Part shown: positions 33,853 through 43,122 of the stretch, in pieces
Layout: the number at the start of each line of letters is the position of its first letter
How positions within the stretch are numbered: position 1 is the stretch's first letter
Source: Treponema sp.
Lineage (GTDB): Bacteria > Spirochaetota > Spirochaetia > Treponematales > Breznakiellaceae
Direction: 5' to 3'
Assembly (NCBI GenBank): GCA_009785545.1
Contig: WQWD01000001.1
Location: forward strand, 1,344-65,343
Length of the DNA: 64,000 nucleotides
Program-made: the position numbers and the translations under genes
The notes under the pieces: model-generated
Databases searched by the model: none
Told to the model about the DNA's origin: nothing
The model's input: the letters and a program-made list of their open reading frames with translations, nothing else

Positions 33853-36543
33853 ATGAAAAATAAAATTTGGAAAACCGGCCTGCTTCTGGCAGCCATGATT
33901 TTAATCTTTGGTTTGTTTACTGCTTGCCCAAATGATAGCCCGGAAGAGGACATAGTAGTACCAACCGTTACAGGAGTAACAATAGAACCTGAAATGGTTA
34001 TGGTTGAACGTGCTAACGCCGTACAATTGAGGGCAACAGTAGAAGGAACCAACAATCCCAGCCAAAGTGTTACTTGGTCAATCCTTAATCCCGGCATACA
34101 TGGGAGTACAATGATTACACCTCAGGGGTTACTTGTAATAAATGCAGACGAACCGTTAGGCAGACTTGACGTTAGGGCAACTTCGACTGTAGACGAAAAC
34201 TTTTATGGGACAAACATGGTATTGGTATTCGACCATGGTCAAATACCGGAAATAACACATATAACGATAACCGGACAAAACAATGTGGTGCAAGGGCAAG
34301 ATATTTCATTCACTGCACAAGTACATGGAGATAACAATCCTCCGCAATATGTTACTTGGTCAATTCTTGAAACTACAAGACCATCTACCGTAATCACTAC
34401 AGGTGGCGTACTTACCGTGTCTCCCAACGAAACACTCGAGGAACTTACAATACAGGCAGCCTCTACGCTTGTTCCGGTCATTAATCTGACAACAACAGTA
34501 ACTGTTGCACCAAACGGTGAAATAAATTTGGTTGAAACTGATTGGGATTACTTACTTGAAACAGGCGGTTTCAGAGTAAGTATTAATACTGCCAACCAGT
34601 TTCAGGAAATGCTCGGTTTTGGCGCTTCCGACGCTTGGTCGGGGAACTTTTTGGGTCAATGGGGGCATCCAACTCCTTTCCATGGAATTGGCGTTACCGT
34701 ACCCCTTAACCATAGCCCTCCTGCCGGCTGGGGAGCAGCAGAAGTTGAAGCGATAAAACAACAAATGGCAGACTGGCTTTTTAGTCAGGATTTTTATGAA
34801 GATGGTAATCCACGAGGGGTTGGGCTTTCCGAATGGAGAGTTTACCTTGGTGCAGGCAGCTTAGATCAGAGGTTAAGGGGCAGAGACTCAAGGATAGGTA
34901 ATATAAACCTTAATAATTTTGCCAACAATATCGGAGAATGGGAGCGTAACGCAGAAAGTTTCTTCCGTGATATTGATAATCCATGGTTAGGTCATACCGG
35001 CTGGGCAAGACCCGCAGAAAACCCTACAATGGATCTCTGCTTTGACACAAAACAAATTGGTACGCAGTTCTGGATGAGAGAAGCCAGAAAAAGAGGCGTT
35101 GAAATGCTTGTAGGTTTTATGAAAAGCGCACCGGTACCTTTTACCATTAATGGTTTTGCGAACAATTCATTAAATGGTAATCTGAATTTTCAAACCGGCA
35201 GATATCCTATGTTAAACAACACCGGGAACATACATGAAAATCATTTTGCGTCTTTTGGAGAATACATGGCTAATGTAGCAAACCATTTTGCTGCAATAAC
35301 CGTTCCAAACACTCGTTATAACGACAGATTCCCTGACAGAGCAGCAAATGCCCGAGAACTTACCATGCGTCTGAATTATCTTTCACCGATCAACGAACCT
35401 CAATGGGAATGGAATGAAGACAAGCAGGAAGGGTCAAGAACCTCCAACGCAAATATAGCAAGAGTTGTCAGAGCACTTGATACGGCAATTATGGACTCAA
35501 GCCGACCCAATATAGGCAACCCAAGAAACCCCACAGGAAACCAAAACCATCTTGACACCCAGATACTTATAACAGAATCAGCTCAGTGGGACTTCCTTTC
35601 CGGCGGCGATCCCGGCAATATACGCGACCAGATCCAGACGTTTTTTAACCCAGCTGATCCTCAAGGGAATTTTGTAGGTGACCTCCCTACAATGCAGCCG
35701 CGAAAAATCGCAGGGCATACCTACTTTACTCACCCGAACGACGCTGTAGCTGTATCTATTCGCGCGGCTGTTGCAGCAAGAGCTAATCAGTTTCCAGGAC
35801 CTGACGGTCCCATACAAGTATGGAGTACCGAATTCTGCGGGCTTCAGGGCGGAAGTGGCCTTGCCACTCCTTCTGAATACTTCGGTATGGCACTGTTTAT
35901 GAACAAACTTGCGCATCAGGATATTGTTCATGCCAACTCCAGAACATTCTCTTTCTGGACAGCTTTCGACATGGAAAGGGGCGGTCAAGCAAGGTACTCC
36001 TTAATCGCATACGCACCGGGGGAAGCTGTTTTCCGTCATGACGCTAACGTAGATCATCCAATTACAAGACCCGGCGCAGCAAGAACCCAGGCTACTCTTT
36101 GGGCGCTTGGTCACTACAGCCTTTTTGTCCGACCTGGTTTTACTCGTGTTGAAGTTTTAGCACCGGGTATGCCTGCAGACCGCAGACTCAATCACCATCC
36201 CGGCAGTGACTACGTAACTCGCCCAATGGCGACAGCATACGTTTCTCCTCCGGGTTTTAGAGACTTCGTAACAGGCAGAGAGGTTAATCGTGTCGTAGTT
36301 GTGTATACCAATATGTCAACTCGCAGTTTTAATCTTGCCGGTGAAATCGACAATGGCACTAAGATACCGTACAATGTCCGTGTTTTTTTGACCCATGCCG
36401 GCAATGTTAACGGCGGCATCTCCACAGCTCCCAGCAACCAGACAGGTCTTAGGGGGATGGAGCTCCAGCCAAATGATCATGGGATATTCCACATCCCGGC
36501 ACGTTCCATGGTTACCGTAGTGTATGATTTTCCGGTAGATTGA
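33853..36543 (+). CDS. Lipoprotein: 2 Big_2-like Ig domains + GH30 catalytic domain (possible beta-1,6-galactanase)
   Basis: Lipobox FTA-CP. Motifs QEMLGFGASDAW, GLSEWRVYLGAGS, YLSPINEPQWEW (acid/base), VWSTEFC (nucleophile) and LGHYSLFVRPG. ATG 33853 fits AGGAGG spacing. Confidence 0.82.
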   Translation: MKNKIWKTGLLLAAMILIFGLFTACPNDSPEEDIVVPTVTGVTIEPEMVMVERANAVQLRATVEGTNNPSQSVTWSILNPGIHGSTMITPQGLLVINADEPLGRLDVRATSTVDENFYGTNMVLVFDHGQIPEITHITITGQNNVVQGQDISFTAQVHGDNNPPQYVTWSILETTRPSTVITTGGVLTVSPNETLEELTIQAASTLVPVINLTTTVTVAPNGEINLVETDWDYLLETGGFRVSINTANQFQEMLGFGASDAWSGNFLGQWGHPTPFHGIGVTVPLNHSPPAGWGAAEVEAIKQQMADWLFSQDFYEDGNPRGVGLSEWRVYLGAGSLDQRLRGRDSRIGNINLNNFANNIGEWERNAESFFRDIDNPWLGHTGWARPAENPTMDLCFDTKQIGTQFWMREARKRGVEMLVGFMKSAPVPFTINGFANNSLNGNLNFQTGRYPMLNNTGNIHENHFASFGEYMANVANHFAAITVPNTRYNDRFPDRAANARELTMRLNYLSPINEPQWEWNEDKQEGSRTSNANIARVVRALDTAIMDSSRPNIGNPRNPTGNQNHLDTQILITESAQWDFLSGGDPGNIRDQIQTFFNPADPQGNFVGDLPTMQPRKIAGHTYFTHPNDAVAVSIRAAVAARANQFPGPDGPIQVWSTEFCGLQGGSGLATPSEYFGMALFMNKLAHQDIVHANSRTFSFWTAFDMERGGQARYSLIAYAPGEAVFRHDANVDHPITRPGAARTQATLWALGHYSLFVRPGFTRVEVLAPGMPADRRLNHHPGSDYVTRPMATAYVSPPGFRDFVTGREVNRVVVVYTNMSTRSFNLAGEIDNGTKIPYNVRVFLTHAGNVNGGISTAPSNQTGLRGMELQPNDHGIFHIPARSMVTVVYDFPVD

Positions 36544-36556
36544 AAAAATGAATAAG

Positions 36557-36620
36557 TACCAATGCAAAACTGCGAACCTCCGGTTGCGAACCTCCAGTTC
36601 GGGTTAGTTTTGCATTGGCA
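36557..36620. repeat. REP-like palindrome with an internal 14-bp direct repeat
   Basis: CCAATGCAAAACT...AGTTTTGCATTGG enclosing GCGAACCTCCRGTT twice. The loop matches the 43123 element on the opposite strand. Confidence 0.7.
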
Positions 36621-36622
36621 GT

Positions 36623-36650
36623 AACGGGGCTGAAATGCCCCGTTTTTTTT
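36623..36650 (+). terminator. Rho-independent terminator after the GH30 gene
   Basis: AACGGGGC-TGAAAT-GCCCCGTT followed by a T-run. Confidence 0.85.
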
Positions 36651-36683
36651 GTTATTATATTTTGTTGTCAAAGGAAAATGCGA

Positions 36684-37163
36684 ATGAAAAAATTGTCATT
36701 TTTATTTTTTTTAATTGTTTTTATCTTGTCTTCTTCAGGCTGTTCACGCTCTGAAAATTTTAAAAATATTAATTTTTCCGAAGTTGTAATAATTGAAGGT
36801 GTTTATCAAGAAGAATTATTTAGCAGAATTAGTATGTGGGTTAGGTTTACTTTCAGAAGATCGCTTTCTTACATTCTTCATGGCAATGCTGACGAGGGAA
36901 TAATAAAATTAAGATATGTTTACAGAACACTTATAGAAAGGAACACAACTGATATAATATCAATTATTACATTGGAAGTAAGAGATGAAGAATATACAAT
37001 TACATTCAGCGATGCTTCTTTTCAGGTGTATGACGATGAAGGTCTGCCTTACGGAGAAGAAACAAGCCTTCCTTCACAAGATATAGCCGATATGCTTATC
37101 TTTCAATGGAAAAGCCTTGCTGATGATTTGAAACAAGTTGTTCTCCGCTTTCCATCTGAATAA
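36684..37163 (+). CDS. DUF4468-like lipoprotein
   Basis: Start moved to MKKLSF (AAGGA RBS). Lipobox SSG-C. EVVIIEG..EELFSRI..W...F...GIIK...LEVRDEEYTITFSD pattern. Confidence 0.65.
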   Translation: MKKLSFLFFLIVFILSSSGCSRSENFKNINFSEVVIIEGVYQEELFSRISMWVRFTFRRSLSYILHGNADEGIIKLRYVYRTLIERNTTDIISIITLEVRDEEYTITFSDASFQVYDDEGLPYGEETSLPSQDIADMLIFQWKSLADDLKQVVLRFPSE

Positions 37164-37183
37164 CCAACAAAGGAGTTTAATCT

Positions 37184-39124
37184 ATGATGATAAATAAGAA
37201 GAATTTTTGGCTTTACCTAATCTTAATAGCCGTCATGTGTTTGTTCGCTTCTTGCCCTGACGGAGAAATTGAAGAAAAAAACATTCTATCTGTTATGCCT
37301 GAAATTAACCCAACTACGGTATCTAAAACCGATAATCCACAGCAAGAAGTGCGTTTTACCATAGTTGGGGATTTACCTGCAGAAGGAGCTTTTTTTAGAG
37401 TATATGCCAGCCTGTTTGCTCCAACTGAACACGGGACAGTTATCGCCGTATTGGAAGACAATTATTTGGTACTTAAAGCAAATAACGGTGTTCCGGCGAG
37501 TACCTTTTTTGTTACCGTTACCGAGCCGGGTAAAACGGCAAGCACACGGACTGCTCTGACTGTTTTAGATGTTCCGATAGGGAATGTCATACGCCTGCTC
37601 GGAGACAGCATCGTAGTACTTGCCGGGCAAACAGCGCAGCCTCCTGCAAAGCATATACCGCAAGAAATCGATGTCAATACTCAAGCATGGAGTTCCAGTG
37701 ATCCATTCGTGGCGGCTGTTGATCCGGCTACCGGTGAAATAAGTGCAGTATCCGGAGGAAGAGCAAAGATTCTTCTTACGGTAAACGACCAATATTTTGC
37801 ATCTCGTGACATTATCGTGGTAACAACCTCAACTTTACCGGTTTTGCGCCTTTCTATACTCCCATGGACTAACGACTCTCAGTCAAATGCTAACCAAGAT
37901 ATGCTTAACAGAAATAACTGGAGAAGTACATCTGTTTCTTTGAGCAACACCGGTAATCCGGAGTGGGATTTTACCAGAACAGACGGGCAGGCTCGTGGGC
38001 GAGGAAATTCAACTTGGAATAATATGGGGCTTAAACGTCCGTTTAATTTCAGATTTCCCAATAGCGCATGGCAATCCATACTCGGGAGCGGCGAGGTCGG
38101 ACGGAGCTGGAGAGTGGTCGCTAACACAATTGACTTTTCTCACTTTAGAAACTTTTCAGCATATTTTCTTGGCTCGCAGTTAAGTTTTGACTGGACTGTT
38201 AACGCATGGTTTGCTCATGTATATTTTGATAACAACAGATATTGGGGAGTCTATTCAATTCATGACGAATTACGTGATGCCAGTGAGGGACGCCTTAATC
38301 TGAACGTCAATATGGAAAACCCTTCACAGAGCGAGTTTTTATTGGAGTGGGACAGGCACCCAGCCGGCTCCGCTGTCAGGTTTCACGTTTCCAATAATAG
38401 GGATCCGTTTGGCAGGGGAAATATCCCTTTTAATATTGATATCCCCGATCTCGAAGACATTCCGAATTGGAACACCCATCCTCATTTTATCTGGGTAAGA
38501 GATTTTGTAACAAGTGTGAATACTGCCATAACAAGCAGGAACTTTGCCGAAATATCTAACCTGATTGATCTTCCCACATTTGTTGATATGTATCTGGTAA
38601 ACGAGCTTTTCAAAAATCGTGATGTGGGCTTTTCGAGTATGTTCTTCCAGGTTAGGCAAACACCTGCCGGCCCCCGAATGGTTGGGGGACCTATTTGGGA
38701 CTTTGACCAGACTTCCGGCGGTGTTGTAGACAATCAATACACCGGTTATTCGCCCACAGACGGACCTAATAACGGAGCTTGGGCAGCATGGGACAATCCG
38801 TGGTTTAGAGACCTTATGGAGGTTCCGGAATTCAGACAGATGGTTGTAGATCGCTGGAAAGAAATACGGGATAATCAGGTTGAATCCATGATTCGGCAAA
38901 TCAGACCGTTGGCAGCCTTTTATCAGAATTGTTTTAACCGCAACTTTGCCCAAGGCGGACAGAACGCCGCTGACCGCCATTCATGGACAGCTATGGCAAA
39001 TGGAGCCAACATATTCCGTCAACCGCAAACAATCAGAAACCTTCGCACTCATACAGAGCAGGTTGACAACCTTGTAAACTGGTTTGAGCAACGCAGAATC
39101 TGGATGGATGATTTCTTGCAGTAA
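37184..39124 (+). CDS. CotH kinase family lipoprotein with Big_2 domain
   Basis: Lipobox FAS-CP. Motifs RGRGNSTW..KRPF..RF, W..VAN..D.S.FRN, YWGVY, FVDMYLVNELFKNRD, GPIWDFD and WFEQRRIWMD. Confidence 0.85.
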   Translation: MMINKKNFWLYLILIAVMCLFASCPDGEIEEKNILSVMPEINPTTVSKTDNPQQEVRFTIVGDLPAEGAFFRVYASLFAPTEHGTVIAVLEDNYLVLKANNGVPASTFFVTVTEPGKTASTRTALTVLDVPIGNVIRLLGDSIVVLAGQTAQPPAKHIPQEIDVNTQAWSSSDPFVAAVDPATGEISAVSGGRAKILLTVNDQYFASRDIIVVTTSTLPVLRLSILPWTNDSQSNANQDMLNRNNWRSTSVSLSNTGNPEWDFTRTDGQARGRGNSTWNNMGLKRPFNFRFPNSAWQSILGSGEVGRSWRVVANTIDFSHFRNFSAYFLGSQLSFDWTVNAWFAHVYFDNNRYWGVYSIHDELRDASEGRLNLNVNMENPSQSEFLLEWDRHPAGSAVRFHVSNNRDPFGRGNIPFNIDIPDLEDIPNWNTHPHFIWVRDFVTSVNTAITSRNFAEISNLIDLPTFVDMYLVNELFKNRDVGFSSMFFQVRQTPAGPRMVGGPIWDFDQTSGGVVDNQYTGYSPTDGPNNGAWAAWDNPWFRDLMEVPEFRQMVVDRWKEIRDNQVESMIRQIRPLAAFYQNCFNRNFAQGGQNAADRHSWTAMANGANIFRQPQTIRNLRTHTEQVDNLVNWFEQRRIWMDDFLQ

Positions 39125-39140
39125 AAAACAAAAATTATTA

Positions 39141-39180
39141 GGGTTTGTCCAAGAAAATACTTGGACAAACCCCTTTTTTT
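39141..39180 (+). terminator. Terminator between convergent genes (probably bidirectional)
   Basis: GGGTTTGTCCAAG-AAAATA-CTTGGACAAACCC followed by T7, with an A-rich upstream flank. Confidence 0.88.
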
Positions 39181-39185
39181 ATTTC

Positions 39186-41603
39186 TTAATTTCCGTTCAA
39201 AATTGCCAATGTTGCAGGAATATCCAAAGTCGCTATCTGGTCTTCGGATATTGCACCACTGTAAATCCTGAAATCAGCGAAGAAGGTTCTTGGCACAAAA
39301 TTGTCGTTATTAAAACAGGGGCGGCCAATTCGGTTAAACGTCAGGCTGCCCATTTCTGTTGTTCTATGGGGAATCACTCCGGTTTCTTCAGGAATACCGT
39401 TAATGTAAATAGTTGCGAATTCTCCGCTCTGCCGAACCATTACGTGAATCCATTGTTGCCTTGGCAAATGCATACCGGTACGCACAAATCTTTCTCCTAA
39501 CGGGTTGCCAGCTCCCGCCCAGCCGCTTCTGGAAATTGTGTGCTGGGTATCAGTTGCCCTAAACCAAATTACAGGCTCCGTGCCTCCCGCATGGCTCGCT
39601 CCTGAGAATGACCAAAGGAACCTGCCAGCACCGGTCCAATTTGAAGGTTGATCAATGTATACAAAAGAAGCGATGGTAAAATCATCCTGCGAAGTAATAA
39701 GGGAGCCCGCTGCTGAACCCATATCGATCCATGCAGGAGAGTCACCTCCGCCGGTTCCGCCTTGCCCTGCTCCGGGATTAGTTCCGGTGTCAGTTCCGGT
39801 ATGAAAAGTACCTATTCCGTTATGGATTCCCAAACCGGATTCCGGAGAAGCAGTTCTCATTATAACCCCGTTATGAGTACCGGGATTTGCTCTATTGGTA
39901 ATACTGTCTGCGGTATCGCCGTCACCAGCGTTGAATGTAAAATGCAATGTCAACGGAGCAGGATCAGTTACCACCGGGGGTGTCAAAATTCCCGGCCACG
40001 CCTGATAATTCTGCAAATGATAAAATTCTTCCTGTGTAATAGGAATTATTGAGCCGTGTCGAGGATTAAAGCCGGTCGTTCCTAATATCCCGCGTGTACT
40101 CCAATTAACAAGATCGGTACTTGTTCTAACCCCCCATGCGGGAGCTGCTGTACGACTGTACATATCATAGGCAAGTACGAAGGTGTCGGTACCAAAAAGC
40201 CTGAACACCTGAGCTCCTTCTACAGATTCGGTTTCCATGCAAACATGGTCGGCTACCCATTCCCAGCCTGTATGCAGATCCCGTGATCGTGCTAATGACA
40301 TACGGCTTTGAGGTCCGGGTATTCCGGGTTGGCTTCCCTCGTTTTTGTAGATCATATGGTAATACCCGCCAAGATTAGTGATGTTTCCATCAATCGTACT
40401 TCGTCCATGCGGATGTATAAACAAACGTTGTGGCAATTCAACAAGATCGGTAAAATCTTCATTTGCATATGTAAAATATATTCTATGCGGAGTCCACCCT
40501 ACCCTGGCATGAGAATAAAAAATCATATATCTACCGGTTCTGCGATCAAAATTAACTTCAGGAGCCCAGGCTGTATAAATATCACCGAACTCCGCTGGCC
40601 ATTTTTCAGCTATATTAATTGCGCTATGTGTCCAATCTGTAAGATTTGCTGATCTGGATAAAATAATACCACGATTTGAGTTCCAGCCGAGTGAAGACCG
40701 CATATCGGTATTGACCATTAAAAAACCCCCTTCATGGCTGCGAATAATAAAGGGATCACGCATACCGCCGGCAGAGGCAACCTCTTCGGCAAGAATGACC
40801 GGTCTGTTTCTGTTCAGGGTAGTAAAGTTAAGCCCGTCCCTGCCTATGGCAAAACGCACTTGTTCCCCAGCAGGGGCGTCTCCGGTAAAATATGCCATTA
40901 AGTAGCCGTAGAACTCATATTCTTGGGCAGTTATTTCAAACGATTTGGTATCGCTGGCAGAACCTTTTTGAATTGTTGCAGTCAAATTGAATGTAAACAC
41001 ACCTGTTACGGTATCTCGTATTCTGACTCTCTTTGTTCCGGCAGCAATTCCATCAACGATAGGGTAATTGGCATTGTCGCTTACCCATGTTATATTAGAA
41101 CCTCTGGCACCTGTCGTAGGCAGCATTATTTCGTGATAAAAATAACTTAACCAAGTGTCTATTTGCAAATCCGCCGTATCCTGTTCAACTATATAGTCCA
41201 GGTCAGCTACTACTACAACGGCAACAATAGTGCTCGTTACGGATTGCACCCGAACCCCGGAAACAGAGTTATCGGTATTGGTGACAACGACATAATAGAA
41301 GGTCGTGCCTAGAGTATCAGTAGGCGGCGTGAATGTACTGTTGGTCGCTGAGTTAATCGCAACAGCACCTGTAGTACTGCTTCCGCTATTACTGAACCAT
41401 TGGTAAGAAAGAATACCGCCGCCTTCTACAACTGCAGTTACAGACAAGGGAGCAGCAACTTCGCCCAAAATGACTTCATCTCCAACAGGCTGGACGGTTA
41501 TTTCTGGTACGGCGGCATTTTCAAGCCCTGGTTCTTCGTCAGCTCCGTTGCAAGCTGCTGCAAACAGCAGCACTAACACAGCAAAAAACAAAATTTTCTT
41601 CAT
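39186..41603 (-). CDS. Lipoprotein: Ig + atrophied Ig + GH43 (BT3655-like arabinosidase) + LamG
   Basis: Lipobox AAA-C. Motifs YLMAYFTG, GGMRDPFIIR, AWAPE, STIDGNI, SVEG and PRHGSIIPIT. C-terminal LamG. Confidence 0.85.
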   Translation of the reverse strand: MKKILFFAVLVLLFAAACNGADEEPGLENAAVPEITVQPVGDEVILGEVAAPLSVTAVVEGGGILSYQWFSNSGSSTTGAVAINSATNSTFTPPTDTLGTTFYYVVVTNTDNSVSGVRVQSVTSTIVAVVVVADLDYIVEQDTADLQIDTWLSYFYHEIMLPTTGARGSNITWVSDNANYPIVDGIAAGTKRVRIRDTVTGVFTFNLTATIQKGSASDTKSFEITAQEYEFYGYLMAYFTGDAPAGEQVRFAIGRDGLNFTTLNRNRPVILAEEVASAGGMRDPFIIRSHEGGFLMVNTDMRSSLGWNSNRGIILSRSANLTDWTHSAINIAEKWPAEFGDIYTAWAPEVNFDRRTGRYMIFYSHARVGWTPHRIYFTYANEDFTDLVELPQRLFIHPHGRSTIDGNITNLGGYYHMIYKNEGSQPGIPGPQSRMSLARSRDLHTGWEWVADHVCMETESVEGAQVFRLFGTDTFVLAYDMYSRTAAPAWGVRTSTDLVNWSTRGILGTTGFNPRHGSIIPITQEEFYHLQNYQAWPGILTPPVVTDPAPLTLHFTFNAGDGDTADSITNRANPGTHNGVIMRTASPESGLGIHNGIGTFHTGTDTGTNPGAGQGGTGGGDSPAWIDMGSAAGSLITSQDDFTIASFVYIDQPSNWTGAGRFLWSFSGASHAGGTEPVIWFRATDTQHTISRSGWAGAGNPLGERFVRTGMHLPRQQWIHVMVRQSGEFATIYINGIPEETGVIPHRTTEMGSLTFNRIGRPCFNNDNFVPRTFFADFRIYSGAISEDQIATLDIPATLAILNGN

Positions 41604-41667
41604 AAATACAACTCCTCGAATAATATAGATTATTATACTTTAATTTTAACCCTACTGTTTTGAATCT

Positions 41668-41694
41668 CAAAAGTTACTAAAGTACTGCTTTTTT
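41668..41694 (-). promoter_or_regulatory. Locus operator, copy 4
   Basis: AAAAGCAGTACTTTAGTAACTTTTG on the coding strand, about 73 nt before the 41603 start. Confidence 0.8.
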
Positions 41695-41732
41695 AAAATA
41701 TTTTACATTCAGCCTGTTTTAATATTTTCTAT

Positions 41733-41783
41733 AAAAACGGTACTTTTGTAACTTGTATTTATTTAGGTTTAAGCATATATACT
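41733..41783 (+). promoter_or_regulatory. Locus operator, copy 5, with adjacent promoter
   Basis: AAAAACGGTACTTTTGTAACTT followed by a -10-like TATACT at 41778. About 66 nt before 41815. Confidence 0.8.
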
Positions 41784-41814
41784 ATTGTTATTGTAATTTA
41801 ATGAGGAGAAAAAT

Positions 41815-43116
41815 ATGAATCAAAGATCATTTTTCGGCAGGGTATTTTTTAAGAATATCTTGGTATTTGCGTTAATAATCGCATTTTCAGCACTGTCTGC
41901 CTCTTGCCGCCGTGACGAAACAGATCCTAATACACTAACAATTTGGTGCTGGGATCCCAATTTTAATGTATTAGCTGTAAATGTAGCGGCAGAAATCTTC
42001 AGAAGAGACAACCCTGATGTAGTTATCAATGTGGTTGAAACCGCTTGGGAAGAAATTCAATTAAGGTTAAATACAGCTCTTTCAGCCAGCAGACCAAGAG
42101 GTCTTCCGGATATTATCCTGATACAGGATAATGCCATACAAAAAAACGTTGCAACTTTCCCAAATGCTTTTGTATCCTTGGATGGAAAAATTGATTTAAG
42201 CCAATTTGCCCACTTTAAGGTAGACGCAGGTACAATTAACGGAAGAAGCTATAGTGTTCCTTTTGATAACGGCGCAAGTGCAACATTTCTAAGACGTGAT
42301 ATTGTTGAACAAGCCGGGCTTCAGGTAAGTGATTTTGATTATATTACATGGGATCGCTTTATTGAACTAGCTATAATTGTTAGAGAAAGAACCGGCTTCC
42401 CAATGCTTTCTGCAGTAGGAAATGAAAATGATTTGGTTCCTCTAATGCTACAAAGCGCAGGAACATGGTTTTTTGATGAGCAAGGTAATGTTTATATCGC
42501 AAATAATGAAGTCCTCAGGGAAGCAGTCCGGATTTACAAAGAACTGATAGACAATGGGCTTCTTTTACTGGTTTCTGACTGGACTGCTTACATTGCCAGC
42601 TTAAATACCGGAAGTGTTGCAGCAACAGTAAACGGCTGCTGGATAGTCGGCTCAATTTCTGCAGAACACTCTCAATCAGGTAATTGGGCTGTGGTCAGCA
42701 CCCCAAGGCTAAATATTCCCGGAGGCACTAATTATTCCAGCGTGGGAGGTTCAAGCTGGATGATTCTTGCCAGCTCAAGAAATATTGACTTAGCAGTGGA
42801 TTTTCTGAATACAACCTTTGCGGGCAGTATTGAGCTATACGAAACAATATTACCTTCTTCGGGAGCTATTGGTACATGGCTTCCTGCTGCCGATTCTCCT
42901 GTTTACAATGAACCAAATGAATTTTTTGGAGGACAGGAAATATATCAGTATATTATCGGTTTTGCTGAAAGAGTCCCTCGAATCCAGTTCGGTATGTTCA
43001 ATTATGAAGCCCGTAATTTTGTAGCCCAGGCGCTTATAGAAATTACCAGAGGAGCTTCAATCGATGCAGCTCTTGAAAGAGCGCAAAGAAACACAGAATT
43101 TATTATAAATCACTAA
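41815..43116 (+). CDS. Sugar ABC substrate-binding lipoprotein (lactose/L-arabinose-oligomer type)
   Basis: Lipobox SAS-C. Motifs LTIWCWDPNFN, LPDIILIQD, YSVPFDNGA and GGSSW. Confidence 0.88.
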   Translation: MNQRSFFGRVFFKNILVFALIIAFSALSASCRRDETDPNTLTIWCWDPNFNVLAVNVAAEIFRRDNPDVVINVVETAWEEIQLRLNTALSASRPRGLPDIILIQDNAIQKNVATFPNAFVSLDGKIDLSQFAHFKVDAGTINGRSYSVPFDNGASATFLRRDIVEQAGLQVSDFDYITWDRFIELAIIVRERTGFPMLSAVGNENDLVPLMLQSAGTWFFDEQGNVYIANNEVLREAVRIYKELIDNGLLLLVSDWTAYIASLNTGSVAATVNGCWIVGSISAEHSQSGNWAVVSTPRLNIPGGTNYSSVGGSSWMILASSRNIDLAVDFLNTTFAGSIELYETILPSSGAIGTWLPAADSPVYNEPNEFFGGQEIYQYIIGFAERVPRIQFGMFNYEARNFVAQALIEITRGASIDAALERAQRNTEFIINH

Positions 43117-43122
43117 ATTACA

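Noticed and set aside
36615-36683. Longer TTG-started N-terminus for the DUF4468-like ORF
   Set aside because: It runs through the terminator hairpin. The RBS and signal peptide support the start at 36684.
13887-41603. Cellulosome-type scaffoldin system
   Set aside because: No cohesin domains or duplicated dockerin Ca-binding motifs seen. Each protein has its own lipid anchor.
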